Assembly: GCA_038727135.1 (NCBI GenBank)
Contig: JAVYWL010000003.1
Span: 1 to 64,000 of the forward strand
From: Candidatus Bathyarchaeia archaeon
Lineage (GTDB): Archaea; Thermoproteota; Bathyarchaeia; Bathyarchaeales; Bathycorpusculaceae
Length of the DNA: 64,000 bases
Direction: 5' to 3'
Both the position numbers and the translations under genes were made by a program. Of this stretch, positions 47,054-57,112 are shown piece by piece; position 1 is the first letter of the stretch, and each line of letters starts with the position of its first letter. The notes below the pieces were generated by a model, which saw only the letters and a list, made by a program, of their open reading frames with translations, ran no database searches and was not told the origin of the DNA.

Positions 47054-48487
47054 CTATACAACAGGCGTGTAAGGATGCCAAACCCTTCTAGGCTCCTCGC
47101 CTATTAAGGCTAGCTCTTTATCCTTTGTTACCGCTACAAAAAGAGCCATTGTGGTAGTAATGAGGGAAGGAAGCCCAGCACATTGTGTGATACTTGCAAG
47201 ATTCATTGTCTTTGAATTTAATTCGAATTTATATGTAATAGGATCACTTTTTGTTATATGCAATATTCCCCCAGAAACATATCCTCTAACTGCCCGCGTT
47301 ATTAAACTTCCATTTCCATAATTTAAAAAGCCATCGCTATCATATTTCCCAACAAAGTCTATTATTGCAGTACTAACATTGACTGTTATAGTAAAACTAT
47401 TGACCGTAACATTTACTGGCAGTTCACCACTCCAGTTGCGAATACTTACTTCATCGTCAGCTCTATCAGCGTTGTAAAGTAAATGTGCAGCATTTAATCT
47501 ATAAAATAAAATCCTAGTTTCGCTTGCTGATATGCTAGTGATCTGGGATTCGATGCTATACAATGATATGCCTACGCTATCAGTGTACGCTATTCCATTG
47601 CATGTGTATTGTACGGTCACCCACTTTGCATTATCGTGACTTGCCAACCCAGTTGAGGCATAGGCTGTGCCAAGAAGCAACGCAACCAAAAGCACAGCGA
47701 TTATTATTTTTGTTGTTTGTCCTAAACCGGCTGGTTTGACTGGTGCGGGTGTAAAAACTATGTAGGTTGGGAAGGCGGTTTGCCTTGCAAGCTTAAATTG
47801 GGTGAGCTTTTCTTTGCTGGCTACCAGCGGCAGCAATGCGATGCCTGCTATGAAGCCTCCCGCGTGGGCGAAGACCGCTGTGCTTCCACTTAGCCTGAAG
47901 TAGCCGTAAATCACTTGGGTTGCAAACCAGAAGAGGAGGTAGTAGGCAGCCTTCAACCTAAAAAACATTGGGAAGTATAGGAAGAACCACCCCATAACCA
48001 GCGATGTGCCGGGAAAAAGGATTAAGTATGCGCCTAAAACTCCGCTTATGGCTCCCGAGGCGCCTATGGCTGGAATCACGTAGGCTGTTGCTCCGCCTAG
48101 GAAGCTGAAGGCTGTGTGGAATATGGAGGCAACTATGCCAGAAACCATGTATAGGGCTAGGAAACGCCATCTTCCAAGGGCTTCTTCAACGGCTCTTCCA
48201 AAAATGTAGAGGAAGTACATGTTGAATAGGATGTGGAAAAAGTCTGCATGCAGAAACATTGAGGAGAAAATCCTATACCATTGGGTTGGCATCGGCGTAA
48301 GCGCTGGAACGAAGCCTCCAGCGCTTACCCAGTAGTCGCTTACTTCTAGAAAAATTTTCTCATAGGATGTTATGGCGTAAACCGCAATGTTAATCACTAT
48401 TATGGCAAGCGTAGCCACCGGTCTCTTTTTAAACTGGGATAGGTCTCCCATTGGTATGCCAAGGCTTCTTTTTAAAGCATCTGCCAA
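47054..48487 (-). CDS. rhomboid intramembrane protease with C-terminal extracellular domain
   Basis: HILFNM, GASG, AHAGG; extra domain flanked by TM helices. Confidence 0.9.
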   Translation of the reverse strand: MADALKRSLGIPMGDLSQFKKRPVATLAIIVINIAVYAITSYEKIFLEVSDYWVSAGGFVPALTPMPTQWYRIFSSMFLHADFFHILFNMYFLYIFGRAVEEALGRWRFLALYMVSGIVASIFHTAFSFLGGATAYVIPAIGASGAISGVLGAYLILFPGTSLVMGWFFLYFPMFFRLKAAYYLLFWFATQVIYGYFRLSGSTAVFAHAGGFIAGIALLPLVASKEKLTQFKLARQTAFPTYIVFTPAPVKPAGLGQTTKIIIAVLLVALLLGTAYASTGLASHDNAKWVTVQYTCNGIAYTDSVGISLYSIESQITSISASETRILFYRLNAAHLLYNADRADDEVSIRNWSGELPVNVTVNSFTITVNVSTAIIDFVGKYDSDGFLNYGNGSLITRAVRGYVSGGILHITKSDPITYKFELNSKTMNLASITQCAGLPSLITTTMALFVAVTKDKELALIGEEPRRVWHPYTPVV

Positions 48488-48554
48488 TTCGCAACTGCCT
48501 CTGCGCTAAATATTCACACATAGCCTATATAATTTGTATGCTAGGCGTGTTTGA

Positions 48555-49826
48555 CTATTCATATCTTAGGGCTTCCACAGGCTTAAGTCTGGAGGCTCTC
48601 CATGCTGGGTAAAGTCCGAAGAGAACGCTAACTAGTAAGCCGAAGGCTATGGCGCCGAAAAGTACCGTGGGCGTTAAAACTGGCGATATTGTTATTCCGT
48701 TGGCAAATGTCGCTTGGCCTCCTTGGCGTATGCCTCCGCCGACACCGCCTCCAGCACTGAAAACTCTCACTGCGACCTGGGCTATGCCCCATCCAGCTCC
48801 TACACCAATGACTGCGCCAAGCAAACCTATTATGGCTGCTTCTCCCAGGAATATTAGGAGCACTTGCCGGTTTTTCATTCCCAAGGCTTTTAGGATGCCT
48901 ATCTCCCTTGTGCGCTCCATTATTGAGACAATCATTATGTTCATTATGCCTATTCCAGCCACCAGCAACGATATGGCTGCAATTCCACCGAGAAAGATCT
49001 CCATGGTGGAGAAAACGTTGGATATTACGTTGAGGATAGCCGTCGAAGAGGTTACCGTGACTTGACCGCTGAAAGCGTCTCTTATAGCTTTTACAGCACT
49101 GTCAATAGTTTCTTTATCATAATTTTTTAGCTGCACAACTATCATTTCGCATTCTTCTGTTCCAAAGAAAGTTTGAGCCTGCGTTATTGGTATGTATATG
49201 CTTGTGTCTGATGGACCGCCAAAACTGAACCCTCCAATTTCTCTGAGGACAGCCACAACATTGCCCGTGTAAGTTTCGTTTTTGAATGGACGTGCAGTCG
49301 CGTTAGTCCAAATGATTTCAACACTGTCACCAGTTTTGCAGAAGAGTGTTCCGTTCCCCCACGGGTCACTGACGCGTTTTCCGACAACAACAGCGTCAAT
49401 TTCTGGATTTTGTGGAATTGTTCCCTCATCAGTTGTGAATAGGCTGCTGTAAATTTCAGCATATTTAGCATAATCAACGCCAACTATTGTGACCCGGCTT
49501 GTTTGTTCTCCAGCTTTTATGTAGCCGGTTCTAAGGATAACGGCAAGCGAAACATTGACGTTTTCACCGCCTACATCCTCTATTGTCTTTGTATCGTTTA
49601 TTAGAAGTTTGAATCCCGATTCGCTTCTTGCCGTGACTATTAGGGTGTTTGTTGCAAGATTTTTCTGGAGTTGGGTGGATATTGCCACCTGCAAGCCTTG
49701 GGTTATTGATAGCAACGCCACTATTGCGGCTATTCCTATGACGACGCCTAGGGTTGTTAAGCCAGCTCTGAGTTTGCGCAGTTTTATGGCGCTAAAAGCG
49801 TATGAGAATATGTCTGTTGGCTTCAC
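48555..49826 (-). CDS. MacB/FtsX-family ABC permease
   Basis: LGVVIGI, ERTREIGILKALG, PVEALRYE. Confidence 0.92.
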   Translation of the reverse strand: MKPTDIFSYAFSAIKLRKLRAGLTTLGVVIGIAAIVALLSITQGLQVAISTQLQKNLATNTLIVTARSESGFKLLINDTKTIEDVGGENVNVSLAVILRTGYIKAGEQTSRVTIVGVDYAKYAEIYSSLFTTDEGTIPQNPEIDAVVVGKRVSDPWGNGTLFCKTGDSVEIIWTNATARPFKNETYTGNVVAVLREIGGFSFGGPSDTSIYIPITQAQTFFGTEECEMIVVQLKNYDKETIDSAVKAIRDAFSGQVTVTSSTAILNVISNVFSTMEIFLGGIAAISLLVAGIGIMNIMIVSIMERTREIGILKALGMKNRQVLLIFLGEAAIIGLLGAVIGVGAGWGIAQVAVRVFSAGGGVGGGIRQGGQATFANGITISPVLTPTVLFGAIAFGLLVSVLFGLYPAWRASRLKPVEALRYE

Positions 49827-50512
49827 GCCCTATTCACCTTTTCATCCACTATGAGGCCGTCAAGCATTTGCACCGTTCTTTTCGCCTCCGCAGCCAAACG
49901 CTGGTCGTGGGTAACCATTATTACTGTTACGCCTAAATCCCTGTTCAATCCCTTTATGAGCTGAATTATTTCGTAAGCGTTTTTCGAATCTATGTTTCCA
50001 GTGGGCTCGTCCATGAGGAGAAAGCGTGGATTATTAGCCAAAGCTCTGGCTATCGCCACCCGTTGTTGTTCGCCTCCGCTTAGCTCTGCTGGCCTGTGCT
50101 CCATTCTGTCAGCCAATCCCACAAGTTTAAGAAGTTCTTCGGCTCTTTTCCGTCTAGCTTCCTTTCTTAATCCGGCAATAGCCATGGGAAGTTCCACATT
50201 CTGCCTAGCTGTGAACCTTGGAATCAAATTGAAAAATTGGAAGACAAAGCCTATTTTACGCCTTAAATCTGCCAGCTGCCCATCATTAAGGGTTGAAACG
50301 TCCACGCCTTCGATGAGAACTTTTCCGTCGGTTGGCTTGTCCAAAGCCCCTATAAGATTTAGGAGGGTTGATTTGCCACTTCCAGAGGGACCAAGAACAG
50401 ATAGGAATTCTCCTTCCTCAACTTTTAGGTTTACTCCTCTTAGGGCTTCCACTGGAACTTTGCCCAGCATATACACTTTCCTAAGGTTTACAGCCTCAAC
50501 AACCACAGTCAT
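49823..50512 (-). CDS. LolD/MacB-type ABC ATP-binding protein
   Basis: GPSGSGKS, LSGGEQQR, DEPTGN. Confidence 0.95.
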   Translation of the reverse strand: MTVVVEAVNLRKVYMLGKVPVEALRGVNLKVEEGEFLSVLGPSGSGKSTLLNLIGALDKPTDGKVLIEGVDVSTLNDGQLADLRRKIGFVFQFFNLIPRFTARQNVELPMAIAGLRKEARRKRAEELLKLVGLADRMEHRPAELSGGEQQRVAIARALANNPRFLLMDEPTGNIDSKNAYEIIQLIKGLNRDLGVTVIMVTHDQRLAAEAKRTVQMLDGLIVDEKVNRA

Positions 50513-50529
50513 GGCTCTATTCCCTTATT

Positions 50530-51486
50530 TCACCTTGTTAGGTATCGCCACGCCAGCACCACTCCTAGAATGGATAGGACCGCTGCAAAAACGCCAAGAT
50601 AAGCGAAGTCCACTATTAGCTTAGAGGCGTCGAGTGGCAGTATGGTAAGCTGCCTAATGGCGTCTGTTAGGTATGTTAGCGGGTTTACGCTGGCTATGGC
50701 TTGCATCCAGTCCGGCATAAGCCTCGTTGGGAAGAAAGTGTTGCTGGCAAACATTAAAGGCATTGTTATTAGGCTTACAAACTGCATTGGACGTTCCATC
50801 CTGGTGGATCTTATGGAAAAAGCCAAGAAAACCGCTGAAAGCCCAACACCGAGGAGAAATATGGCTGCATAAACGCCTAAAATGTTGAGGATTGTGAAGG
50901 TACCGCTTAATTGTAGTCCCAGCAGATAGGCTAACGCCAAAATTACTGTGGCTTGAAACATCGCTCTAAAAGTTGCGTTGAAAATTTTTGCAAATATTAT
51001 GGCCGCCCTCGAGACTGGTGTGCTTATCACTTTGTCTAGAAAGCCTAGACGACGGTCCCAGACGATGGACATGCCGCTAAACATGGTCGTAGTCATAACA
51101 ATCATTGAAACCATGCCTACAGCCATAAAGCTGAAGTAGTCTGCAACGCCAAAAGTGTCCCGCATTATTTGTGACCCCATGTCAGCGAACATCTGCGAAA
51201 GCACTGTGCCATTAAGAACTACCGGTGTTGACGAAGGAGGAATGACAGCGCTGCCTGGAATGGGTATTGGTCCTTGCAGGTTTATGTTGTTGGCTGAGAA
51301 GAGTCCGCCTATATTCATGGACTTGCCCAGCAATCCCATCCATATAAGAGGTTGAAGCACAAACATTACAAGCATTACTGGGTCTTTGAGCCACTTTTTG
51401 AGTTCCCGGTAGGTTAAAGCCCACAATCCTCTCATAAGGTTTGGCTTGCACTCGTTGGTAACCGTTGGAGAAGCAGCCTCGCTCAT
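50530..51486 (-). CDS. ABC-2 type exporter permease
   Basis: About 6 TM, DRRLGFL...TPVSR, NPLTY. Confidence 0.9.
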   Translation of the reverse strand: MSEAASPTVTNECKPNLMRGLWALTYRELKKWLKDPVMLVMFVLQPLIWMGLLGKSMNIGGLFSANNINLQGPIPIPGSAVIPPSSTPVVLNGTVLSQMFADMGSQIMRDTFGVADYFSFMAVGMVSMIVMTTTMFSGMSIVWDRRLGFLDKVISTPVSRAAIIFAKIFNATFRAMFQATVILALAYLLGLQLSGTFTILNILGVYAAIFLLGVGLSAVFLAFSIRSTRMERPMQFVSLITMPLMFASNTFFPTRLMPDWMQAIASVNPLTYLTDAIRQLTILPLDASKLIVDFAYLGVFAAVLSILGVVLAWRYLTR

Positions 51487-52487
51487 GTTTTCCTAGCCCT
51501 CCTCAAGTGGAGTCTTTGAGCCATAATCTCCATGCGGGACTCTTCCGTGTCGCGCATGGCTCTGCCAGTAAACTCCAGATAAACCTCGTTTAGGGTTGGC
51601 TCTGTAAGCGAAAGCCTCGTCACCGTGTAGCCCTTCTTCCTCAAAGCCTCAATTATTAGGGGAGCTGTTGCCTCGCCGTTTTCAGCCTTAATCCTATAGG
51701 CGCCGTTCTCGCTTCTAACCTCCTTAACATTTTCGACACTTTCGATTATGCTGGTTACGTCTGCATTCTCCTTTATGCTTATGGTGATTATGTCCCCGCC
51801 TAGGCTGTCCTTAAGCTCGCTCGGCGATCCGGTCACAACTATTTTTCCGTGGTCTATTATGGCTATGCGGTCGCAGAGGGCGTCAGCCTCCTCCAAATAA
51901 TGCGTGGTCATGAAAAGCGTCATGCCATACTCCTTCTTCAAACGGCGGATGTACTCCCAAGTGGCGGCTCGCGTCTGCACATCCAAGCCTAAGGTCGGCT
52001 CGTCCAAAAAGAGCACTTTAGGACGGTTAATAAGCCCGCATGCAAGCTCCAGTCTTCTGCGCATACCGCCAGAGTAGGTTTCAACTCGCTTATCCTTAAA
52101 CTCCGTCAGCTCCACAAGCTCCAGCAGTTCCAAGGCACGTTTTTTGGCAGTTTCCCGGGGAATCCCGTACAAGTCTGCACAGAGCATAATATTCTCGTAG
52201 CCGGTTAAGTCCTCATCCGCCGTATACTCTTGAGGAACAACGCCAATCACTTTTCGAACCTCGTTGGCTTGTTTAACAATGTCGTAGCCAAGCACTGAAG
52301 CAGTGCCTTCTGTCGGCTTCAGCACGGTTATCAGCATGTTTATCGTGGTGGTTTTTCCGGCGCCATTTGGACCCAGAAAGCCGAAGATTTCGCCGTCTCG
52401 GACGCTGAAGGTTACGTGGTCCACAGCCACTAGGCTCTTGTTAAAAACTTTCGTCAAGTTTTCAGCCCTAATCACTTCTTCCGTCAA
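51483..52487 (-). CDS. DrrA-like ABC ATP-binding protein
   Basis: GPNGAGKTT, YSGGMRRR, DEPTLGLD. Confidence 0.95.
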   Translation of the reverse strand: MTEEVIRAENLTKVFNKSLVAVDHVTFSVRDGEIFGFLGPNGAGKTTTINMLITVLKPTEGTASVLGYDIVKQANEVRKVIGVVPQEYTADEDLTGYENIMLCADLYGIPRETAKKRALELLELVELTEFKDKRVETYSGGMRRRLELACGLINRPKVLFLDEPTLGLDVQTRAATWEYIRRLKKEYGMTLFMTTHYLEEADALCDRIAIIDHGKIVVTGSPSELKDSLGGDIITISIKENADVTSIIESVENVKEVRSENGAYRIKAENGEATAPLIIEALRKKGYTVTRLSLTEPTLNEVYLEFTGRAMRDTEESRMEIMAQRLHLRRARKT

Positions 52488-53068
52488 GCCTTTTCGCCCC
52501 GCAGTTTCTTTTCTATATCTTCAAGCCTCTGGGCGGTTTCATTCAAAACCTTCAAGGTTTCTTTTATGGCTTGCTCCGAAAATCGTTCTTCTAGACTCAT
52601 GCCGAGGCTAAAGAAAGCCTTAAACAAACGTCTGAAAGCCTCCCGAACCTCTTCAGCCTCCTCCGGCGGTATGCGAAGCCAAAGAGAGCCCAACAATGGT
52701 GGAACAAAGAACTTTCTGCCCATACGGAAATGGGCTCGCACTTTCCGCTGTTCATCCAGAAGCTTCTTGCCCTTATCGGTGAGTATGTAACGCTTTACTC
52801 CAGCTTCTTCTGTTGGCACTTCGCGGATGTAGCCATTATCCTGAAGCCAAGCCAAAAGCGGGTAAATAGAGCCTGGGCTTGGCTTCCAACAGCCATTGGT
52901 TCGCTTCTCAATCTCGTTCATAATTTCGGAGCCAGACATTGGCTTCTCGTTCAAAAGCTCCAGGACTTGATAGCGCAGAAAACCCTTTGGCACAGCAGCC
53001 ATATGCCTCAACCAATGCCTGAAAGGTGGAAGAGGCGGAGGCGGCGGAAAGCGATCATCATCAAACAT
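52484..53068 (-). CDS. PadR-family transcriptional regulator
   Basis: WKPSPGSIYPLL, YILTDKG. Confidence 0.92.
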   Translation of the reverse strand: MFDDDRFPPPPPLPPFRHWLRHMAAVPKGFLRYQVLELLNEKPMSGSEIMNEIEKRTNGCWKPSPGSIYPLLAWLQDNGYIREVPTEEAGVKRYILTDKGKKLLDEQRKVRAHFRMGRKFFVPPLLGSLWLRIPPEEAEEVREAFRRLFKAFFSLGMSLEERFSEQAIKETLKVLNETAQRLEDIEKKLRGEKA

Positions 53069-53069
53069 T

Positions 53070-53096
53070 ATATCACCATCGATATCAAATTCGATA
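53070..53096. promoter_or_regulatory. putative PadR operator, two overlapping TATC-N6-GATA boxes
   Basis: ATATCACCATCGATAT and TATCAAATTCGATA directly upstream of the PadR start. Confidence 0.55.
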
Positions 53097-53151
53097 AAAA
53101 CATAACATTCAAATATTTAAGGATTATGCTACTTGAAGCTTTCGTAAAATG

Positions 53152-53170
53152 TAAGTATACGGTATACTTA
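53152..53170. promoter_or_regulatory. putative antitoxin operator
   Basis: TAAGTATAC-G-GTATACTTA perfect 9-bp inverted repeat upstream of the AbrB gene. Confidence 0.65.
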
Positions 53171-53203
53171 TATACTTGTATTCCAAAACATTCCTTGGGT
53201 GTT

Positions 53204-53437
53204 ATGCCGAAAACAAAGGTGACGAGCAAGTTTCAAGTAACCATTCCCAAAGAAGTTCGTGAGAAAGTTAAGATTAAACCAGGAGAAATCGTCAGTATAG
53301 AAAGCCTAAGCGAGGAGGAAATCATAATAAGGAGATTTCGTAGGCTTAAAGAACCATTAAAAGTTTTGATAGGCAAGAAAGTTTCAGACCGCCACATCCC
53401 AATAGAGGAGCTTGAAGAGAAGGCCGAGGCGAGGTAA
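53204..53437 (+). CDS. vapB: AbrB/MazE-type antitoxin
   Basis: KVTSKFQVTIPKEVRE. Confidence 0.9.
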   Translation: MPKTKVTSKFQVTIPKEVREKVKIKPGEIVSIESLSEEEIIIRRFRRLKEPLKVLIGKKVSDRHIPIEELEEKAEAR

Positions 53438-53441
53438 GGCT

Positions 53442-53852
53442 TTGGCAATTTACTTCATCGATAGCAACATCTTTTTCTATGCAAAAATTTTAGACAGGGA
53501 ATACGGAGACGCCTGCGCTAAAATTTTGAGGAAAATGGAGAGGGGCGAAATTAAGGCGGTTACTTCAACTTTAGTTATAGTTGAGTTGGCAAACGCCCTA
53601 AGAAAATACGGATTGAGTAGAGAGGTGAGGGCTGTTGTTGACGCGGTTTTCTCTTTAGACATTCAAGTTTTTGAGGTTGACCTATTAGATGTCAGAATTG
53701 CCGCACAGATTTTTGACGAGTTTAAAATAAGCCCATACGACTGCGTTCATGTAGCGGTTATGAAAAAGGCGGGTATCGAAGAAATCATTTCTGCAGATAA
53801 AGATTTTGACAAAATTAATTGGATAAGACGGCTAGACCCGAAAACTCTTTAA
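53442..53852 (+). CDS. vapC: PIN-domain toxin
   Basis: FIDSNIF, PYDCVHVA, SADKDFD. Confidence 0.9.
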   Translation: MAIYFIDSNIFFYAKILDREYGDACAKILRKMERGEIKAVTSTLVIVELANALRKYGLSREVRAVVDAVFSLDIQVFEVDLLDVRIAAQIFDEFKISPYDCVHVAVMKKAGIEEIISADKDFDKINWIRRLDPKTL

Positions 53853-53853
53853 A

Positions 53854-54528
53854 TCACTCTATTAATGTTCCAACTTGTTTTCCTCCAACCGCCAACGTGA
53901 GGTTTTCTGGCTTAAATCCATTTAAGACGTGGACCTTTATTCGCTTAACCTTTAGAATTCTTATGGCTTCCGGGTCTAGGATTTGGTGGATTCCAGCCTT
54001 ATGCCTATCTTCGGCTAAAACTTTTGGCAGTTCTTCAAAACTTATCCTATCAAGTTTTACAGCGTCCGGATGTCTTCTCGGGTCTTTTGTGTACACGCCT
54101 TCTTGGTCTGTGGCTTTTATGAGCATGTCCGCCTTTATGCTTTCAGCCACTAGGGCGGCGACAGTGTCGGTTGTCATGCCTGGTTTTAAGCCGCCTAAAA
54201 CTGCAATCTTCCCCTTTTCTAGGCATTGAACAGCCTCTTCAACGCTTGTTGGGATTTTTTCGCATGCCAGCCCGCCCAGCATTTTGGCGAAAAGTTGGGC
54301 GTAAATTCTTGAAACGCTAATCGCCAAATCATCCTGGTCTTTTTCCGCCAAGCCAAGTTCTTTGGCTATTTTTATGAATTCTCTTGCTAGGGCTCCTCCG
54401 CCCACAACAACTGCTAGCGTGTGCCCTTCACCCTTCAGCTTCTTCAAAATTTTGGCGTATTCGCTGATAAGTTGGATGTTCACTGGCGTGGCGACAACAG
54501 AACCGCCAAGGCGGATTACTATTCGCAT
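53854..54528 (-). CDS. pyrH: uridylate kinase
   Basis: LGGSV, VVGGG, PGMTTD, GVYTKDP, LDP. Confidence 0.92.
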   Translation of the reverse strand: MRIVIRLGGSVVATPVNIQLISEYAKILKKLKGEGHTLAVVVGGGALAREFIKIAKELGLAEKDQDDLAISVSRIYAQLFAKMLGGLACEKIPTSVEEAVQCLEKGKIAVLGGLKPGMTTDTVAALVAESIKADMLIKATDQEGVYTKDPRRHPDAVKLDRISFEELPKVLAEDRHKAGIHQILDPEAIRILKVKRIKVHVLNGFKPENLTLAVGGKQVGTLIE

Positions 54529-54571
54529 CGTGTTCAGCTTTCCTTTAAATTAGGGAGAAAGCACTTAAACC

Positions 54572-55402
54572 TTAAAAGAATTTGTCCAATCCCTGTTTGG
54601 GTTTGGCTGCTCGCACTTCTATTTTTTCGCCGAAGATTAGGCGCATGCCGTCTGTAGCTGCCACTGTCGGTGTTCCAGTTTTCCCCTCAATTATTTTTGC
54701 CTCTCGGGCTGGTCCTTGGAATATCATTTGCATTCCAAGATGCGTCAAAACGGCTTGTTCTGGGCGGGCTTCTTCGACGATTTTTATGGCGTCTTCTGTT
54801 GTCATGTGGCCTTTCCACGGCTTGCCTGCTGGGCGCATAACACATAGCATCAAGAGCCTAACGCCTCTGTAGTATTTGCCTATGCCTTCAAAGTATTCTG
54901 TGTCGCTTGTGTAGGCAAAATCTCCAAACTCTTTTGTCTCGAAGCGGAAGCCAACAGCATCTGGGTCTGTGTGCCGTGCCTCTGCAGCTGAAACTGTCAC
55001 GTCCGCCACTTGGAAACGTGTGTTCGGAACGGCTTCGATTACTTGCTCCAGCATTTGTTGGTGATATTTTGAAATTGATGGTTCGCAGACGTCGCTCCCT
55101 TTCAGGACGCTTTTTGATGCTGCGAGGACTCCACGCTTTTTCGTCATGCCTCTGGTCATAGCCTCAATCATCACTTCGGCATCAGTGTAGTGGTCGGGGT
55201 GGCAGTGGGAAACGAAGATGGCGTTCAGTTTCTGCGGGTCTAAACCTTCACTTATAGAGTAAACAAGCGCTCCTGGACCGGGGTCTAAATGCAGGTTTAG
55301 GTTTTCACCTATTATGCGGATTCCGGCTGTCCGCCTTTTTTGGGTTATTGTTGTGAATCTTCCGCCGCCGGTTCCGAGGAATATTATTTCGTATTGAGCC
55401 AT
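54572..55402 (-). CDS. metallo-beta-lactamase fold hydrolase
   Basis: FLGTGGGR, DPGPG, SHCHPDH, SDT. Confidence 0.88.
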   Translation of the reverse strand: MAQYEIIFLGTGGGRFTTITQKRRTAGIRIIGENLNLHLDPGPGALVYSISEGLDPQKLNAIFVSHCHPDHYTDAEVMIEAMTRGMTKKRGVLAASKSVLKGSDVCEPSISKYHQQMLEQVIEAVPNTRFQVADVTVSAAEARHTDPDAVGFRFETKEFGDFAYTSDTEYFEGIGKYYRGVRLLMLCVMRPAGKPWKGHMTTEDAIKIVEEARPEQAVLTHLGMQMIFQGPAREAKIIEGKTGTPTVAATDGMRLIFGEKIEVRAAKPKQGLDKFF

Positions 55403-55494
55403 GTATATGCCTATGTTTTTCTCGAAATTTTTGCTTTGTCCCCTTGTCTTGTTGTGTATGGCGTTTTTGGGAGAGAAAATGCTTTTAATGTGAG

Positions 55495-56511
55495 TTGAAA
55501 TATGCGAGAAGAGGCTTGACCGCTTTGCTCGAGGGGTTGGGGCTGGTTGGCAATGCGCTTGTTCTTTTAGCTTCTCTAGTAGTCCTCGACAAGGCAAGTG
55601 ATTGGGCAATAACAAACAGTGTTAAAATCGCAGATATAACTGGTTTTGGGAAGACAACGATAGGCTTTATACTTGTGGCTTTCTCCACATCCCTCCCAGA
55701 GTTTTGTGTCTCCATATTTGCGGCGATAGGCGGCGAAAGCATAGGCGTGGCAATAGGCAATGTTTTAGGCTCAAACATTGTGAATATATGCCTAATCCTT
55801 GGCGTTTGCTTCCTCATAGTGTCTTTGAAAAGTTCAGAAGCCGTGAAAATGGCGCCAGCCATGGCTAAGGAGGAGGTTGGAACCCTATATTTTGGACTTT
55901 TTGTGGCTTCCGTTGTCCCATTAACGCTCCTTTACATTGGATTTGCAAGCAGAGTTATAGGCGTAATTCTCCTCGCAATTTTCATATTCTATGTTTATCA
56001 GCTTTCAAAGGTCAGACAGATAAGGGATGAAGGCTCCTTAGGTGAGGAGCGTCGAAAACTTCCGGCGTACACGTTTTTTGCGCTCTTGGGCATCGCACTG
56101 GTTGTTGCAAGTTCATACTTTATAGTGGTCTCTGCAACCTTCATCGCTAATAGTCTTGGAATTCCTGAGGTCGTTATAGGCGCCACAATAGTGGCTTTTG
56201 GAACAAGCCTTCCAGAGTTGGCGACAAGCGTCGACGCCGTTAAGAAGGGGCATATGGACCTAGCTTTAGGCAACATTGTTGGAAGCTGCTTCATAAATAT
56301 AACATGCATTTTAGGCGTGGCTTTAATTGGCGCAAGTTTAGTGGTTGATATGGCGGCTTTCTCCCAACTTGTCATGTTCTCGCTTATAACAAACCTCTTG
56401 TTGTGGTATTTTCTTTCCAGCGAACGTATAAGCTGGAGGGAAGGCATGATACTTCTCATAATGTACGTCATATTCTTAGTTACAAGCTACGGCGGAGGCT
56501 ACAGAACATAA
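55495..56511 (+). CDS. Na+/Ca2+ exchanger family (YrbG-like) antiporter
   Basis: Two TSLPE...GNxxGS alpha repeats. Confidence 0.92.
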   Translation: MKYARRGLTALLEGLGLVGNALVLLASLVVLDKASDWAITNSVKIADITGFGKTTIGFILVAFSTSLPEFCVSIFAAIGGESIGVAIGNVLGSNIVNICLILGVCFLIVSLKSSEAVKMAPAMAKEEVGTLYFGLFVASVVPLTLLYIGFASRVIGVILLAIFIFYVYQLSKVRQIRDEGSLGEERRKLPAYTFFALLGIALVVASSYFIVVSATFIANSLGIPEVVIGATIVAFGTSLPELATSVDAVKKGHMDLALGNIVGSCFINITCILGVALIGASLVVDMAAFSQLVMFSLITNLLLWYFLSSERISWREGMILLIMYVIFLVTSYGGGYRT

Positions 56512-56524
56512 TAGAGGTGAAAAT

Positions 56525-57046
56525 ATTCTAGTCTTTGAGAAAATTGGCGTTAAAAACTTTTCAAAAGTTCCGGAGCCTTGCAGATTTTGTCTTTACTGGC
56601 AGACGAGCGGCGAATTAGGGTCCGAAAAGCCTAAAAACGAGTTGGAAAAGGCTAAGCTGAAGTGGCTTGAAGATTTAAAGAAAGCCTTTGGTAACAGTGC
56701 TAAGATTGCATGTGTTGACGGCACTCCAATAGGCTTCATGCAGTATGCACCAGCAAAATATTTTCAAAGAATAAGCGACTACACATCTGGTCCTCCAAGC
56801 GGAGACGCCATATTTATCGCATGCCTCTACATACCGAGTAAAGACCACCGAAGAAAAGGCTACGGAACAATTATGCTTGAAAACCTCTTAAAGGAAACTA
56901 GGGAAAGGGGTTTCACGGCTGTGGAGACCTTTGCGCGTGTGGATTCCGACAACAACCCATCTGGTTCCTTGGCTTTTTACCTAAAACACGGCTTTAAAGT
57001 GGTTCGCCAGAAGGATGATTTTCCCCTTGTACGCCTAAAACTTTGA
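56525..57046 (+). CDS. GNAT acetyltransferase with N-terminal CxxCxYW motif
   Basis: RRKGYG motif A, FYLKHGF; frame is open upstream of 56642 through PEPCRFCLYW. Confidence 0.75.
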   Translation: MLVFEKIGVKNFSKVPEPCRFCLYWQTSGELGSEKPKNELEKAKLKWLEDLKKAFGNSAKIACVDGTPIGFMQYAPAKYFQRISDYTSGPPSGDAIFIACLYIPSKDHRRKGYGTIMLENLLKETRERGFTAVETFARVDSDNNPSGSLAFYLKHGFKVVRQKDDFPLVRLKL

Positions 57047-57112
57047 AAAGGGTCAAACGAAAACATAAAGTGCTTAAATAATTGGTTCCAGACCAGTAAA
57101 GTCGAGGATCGT

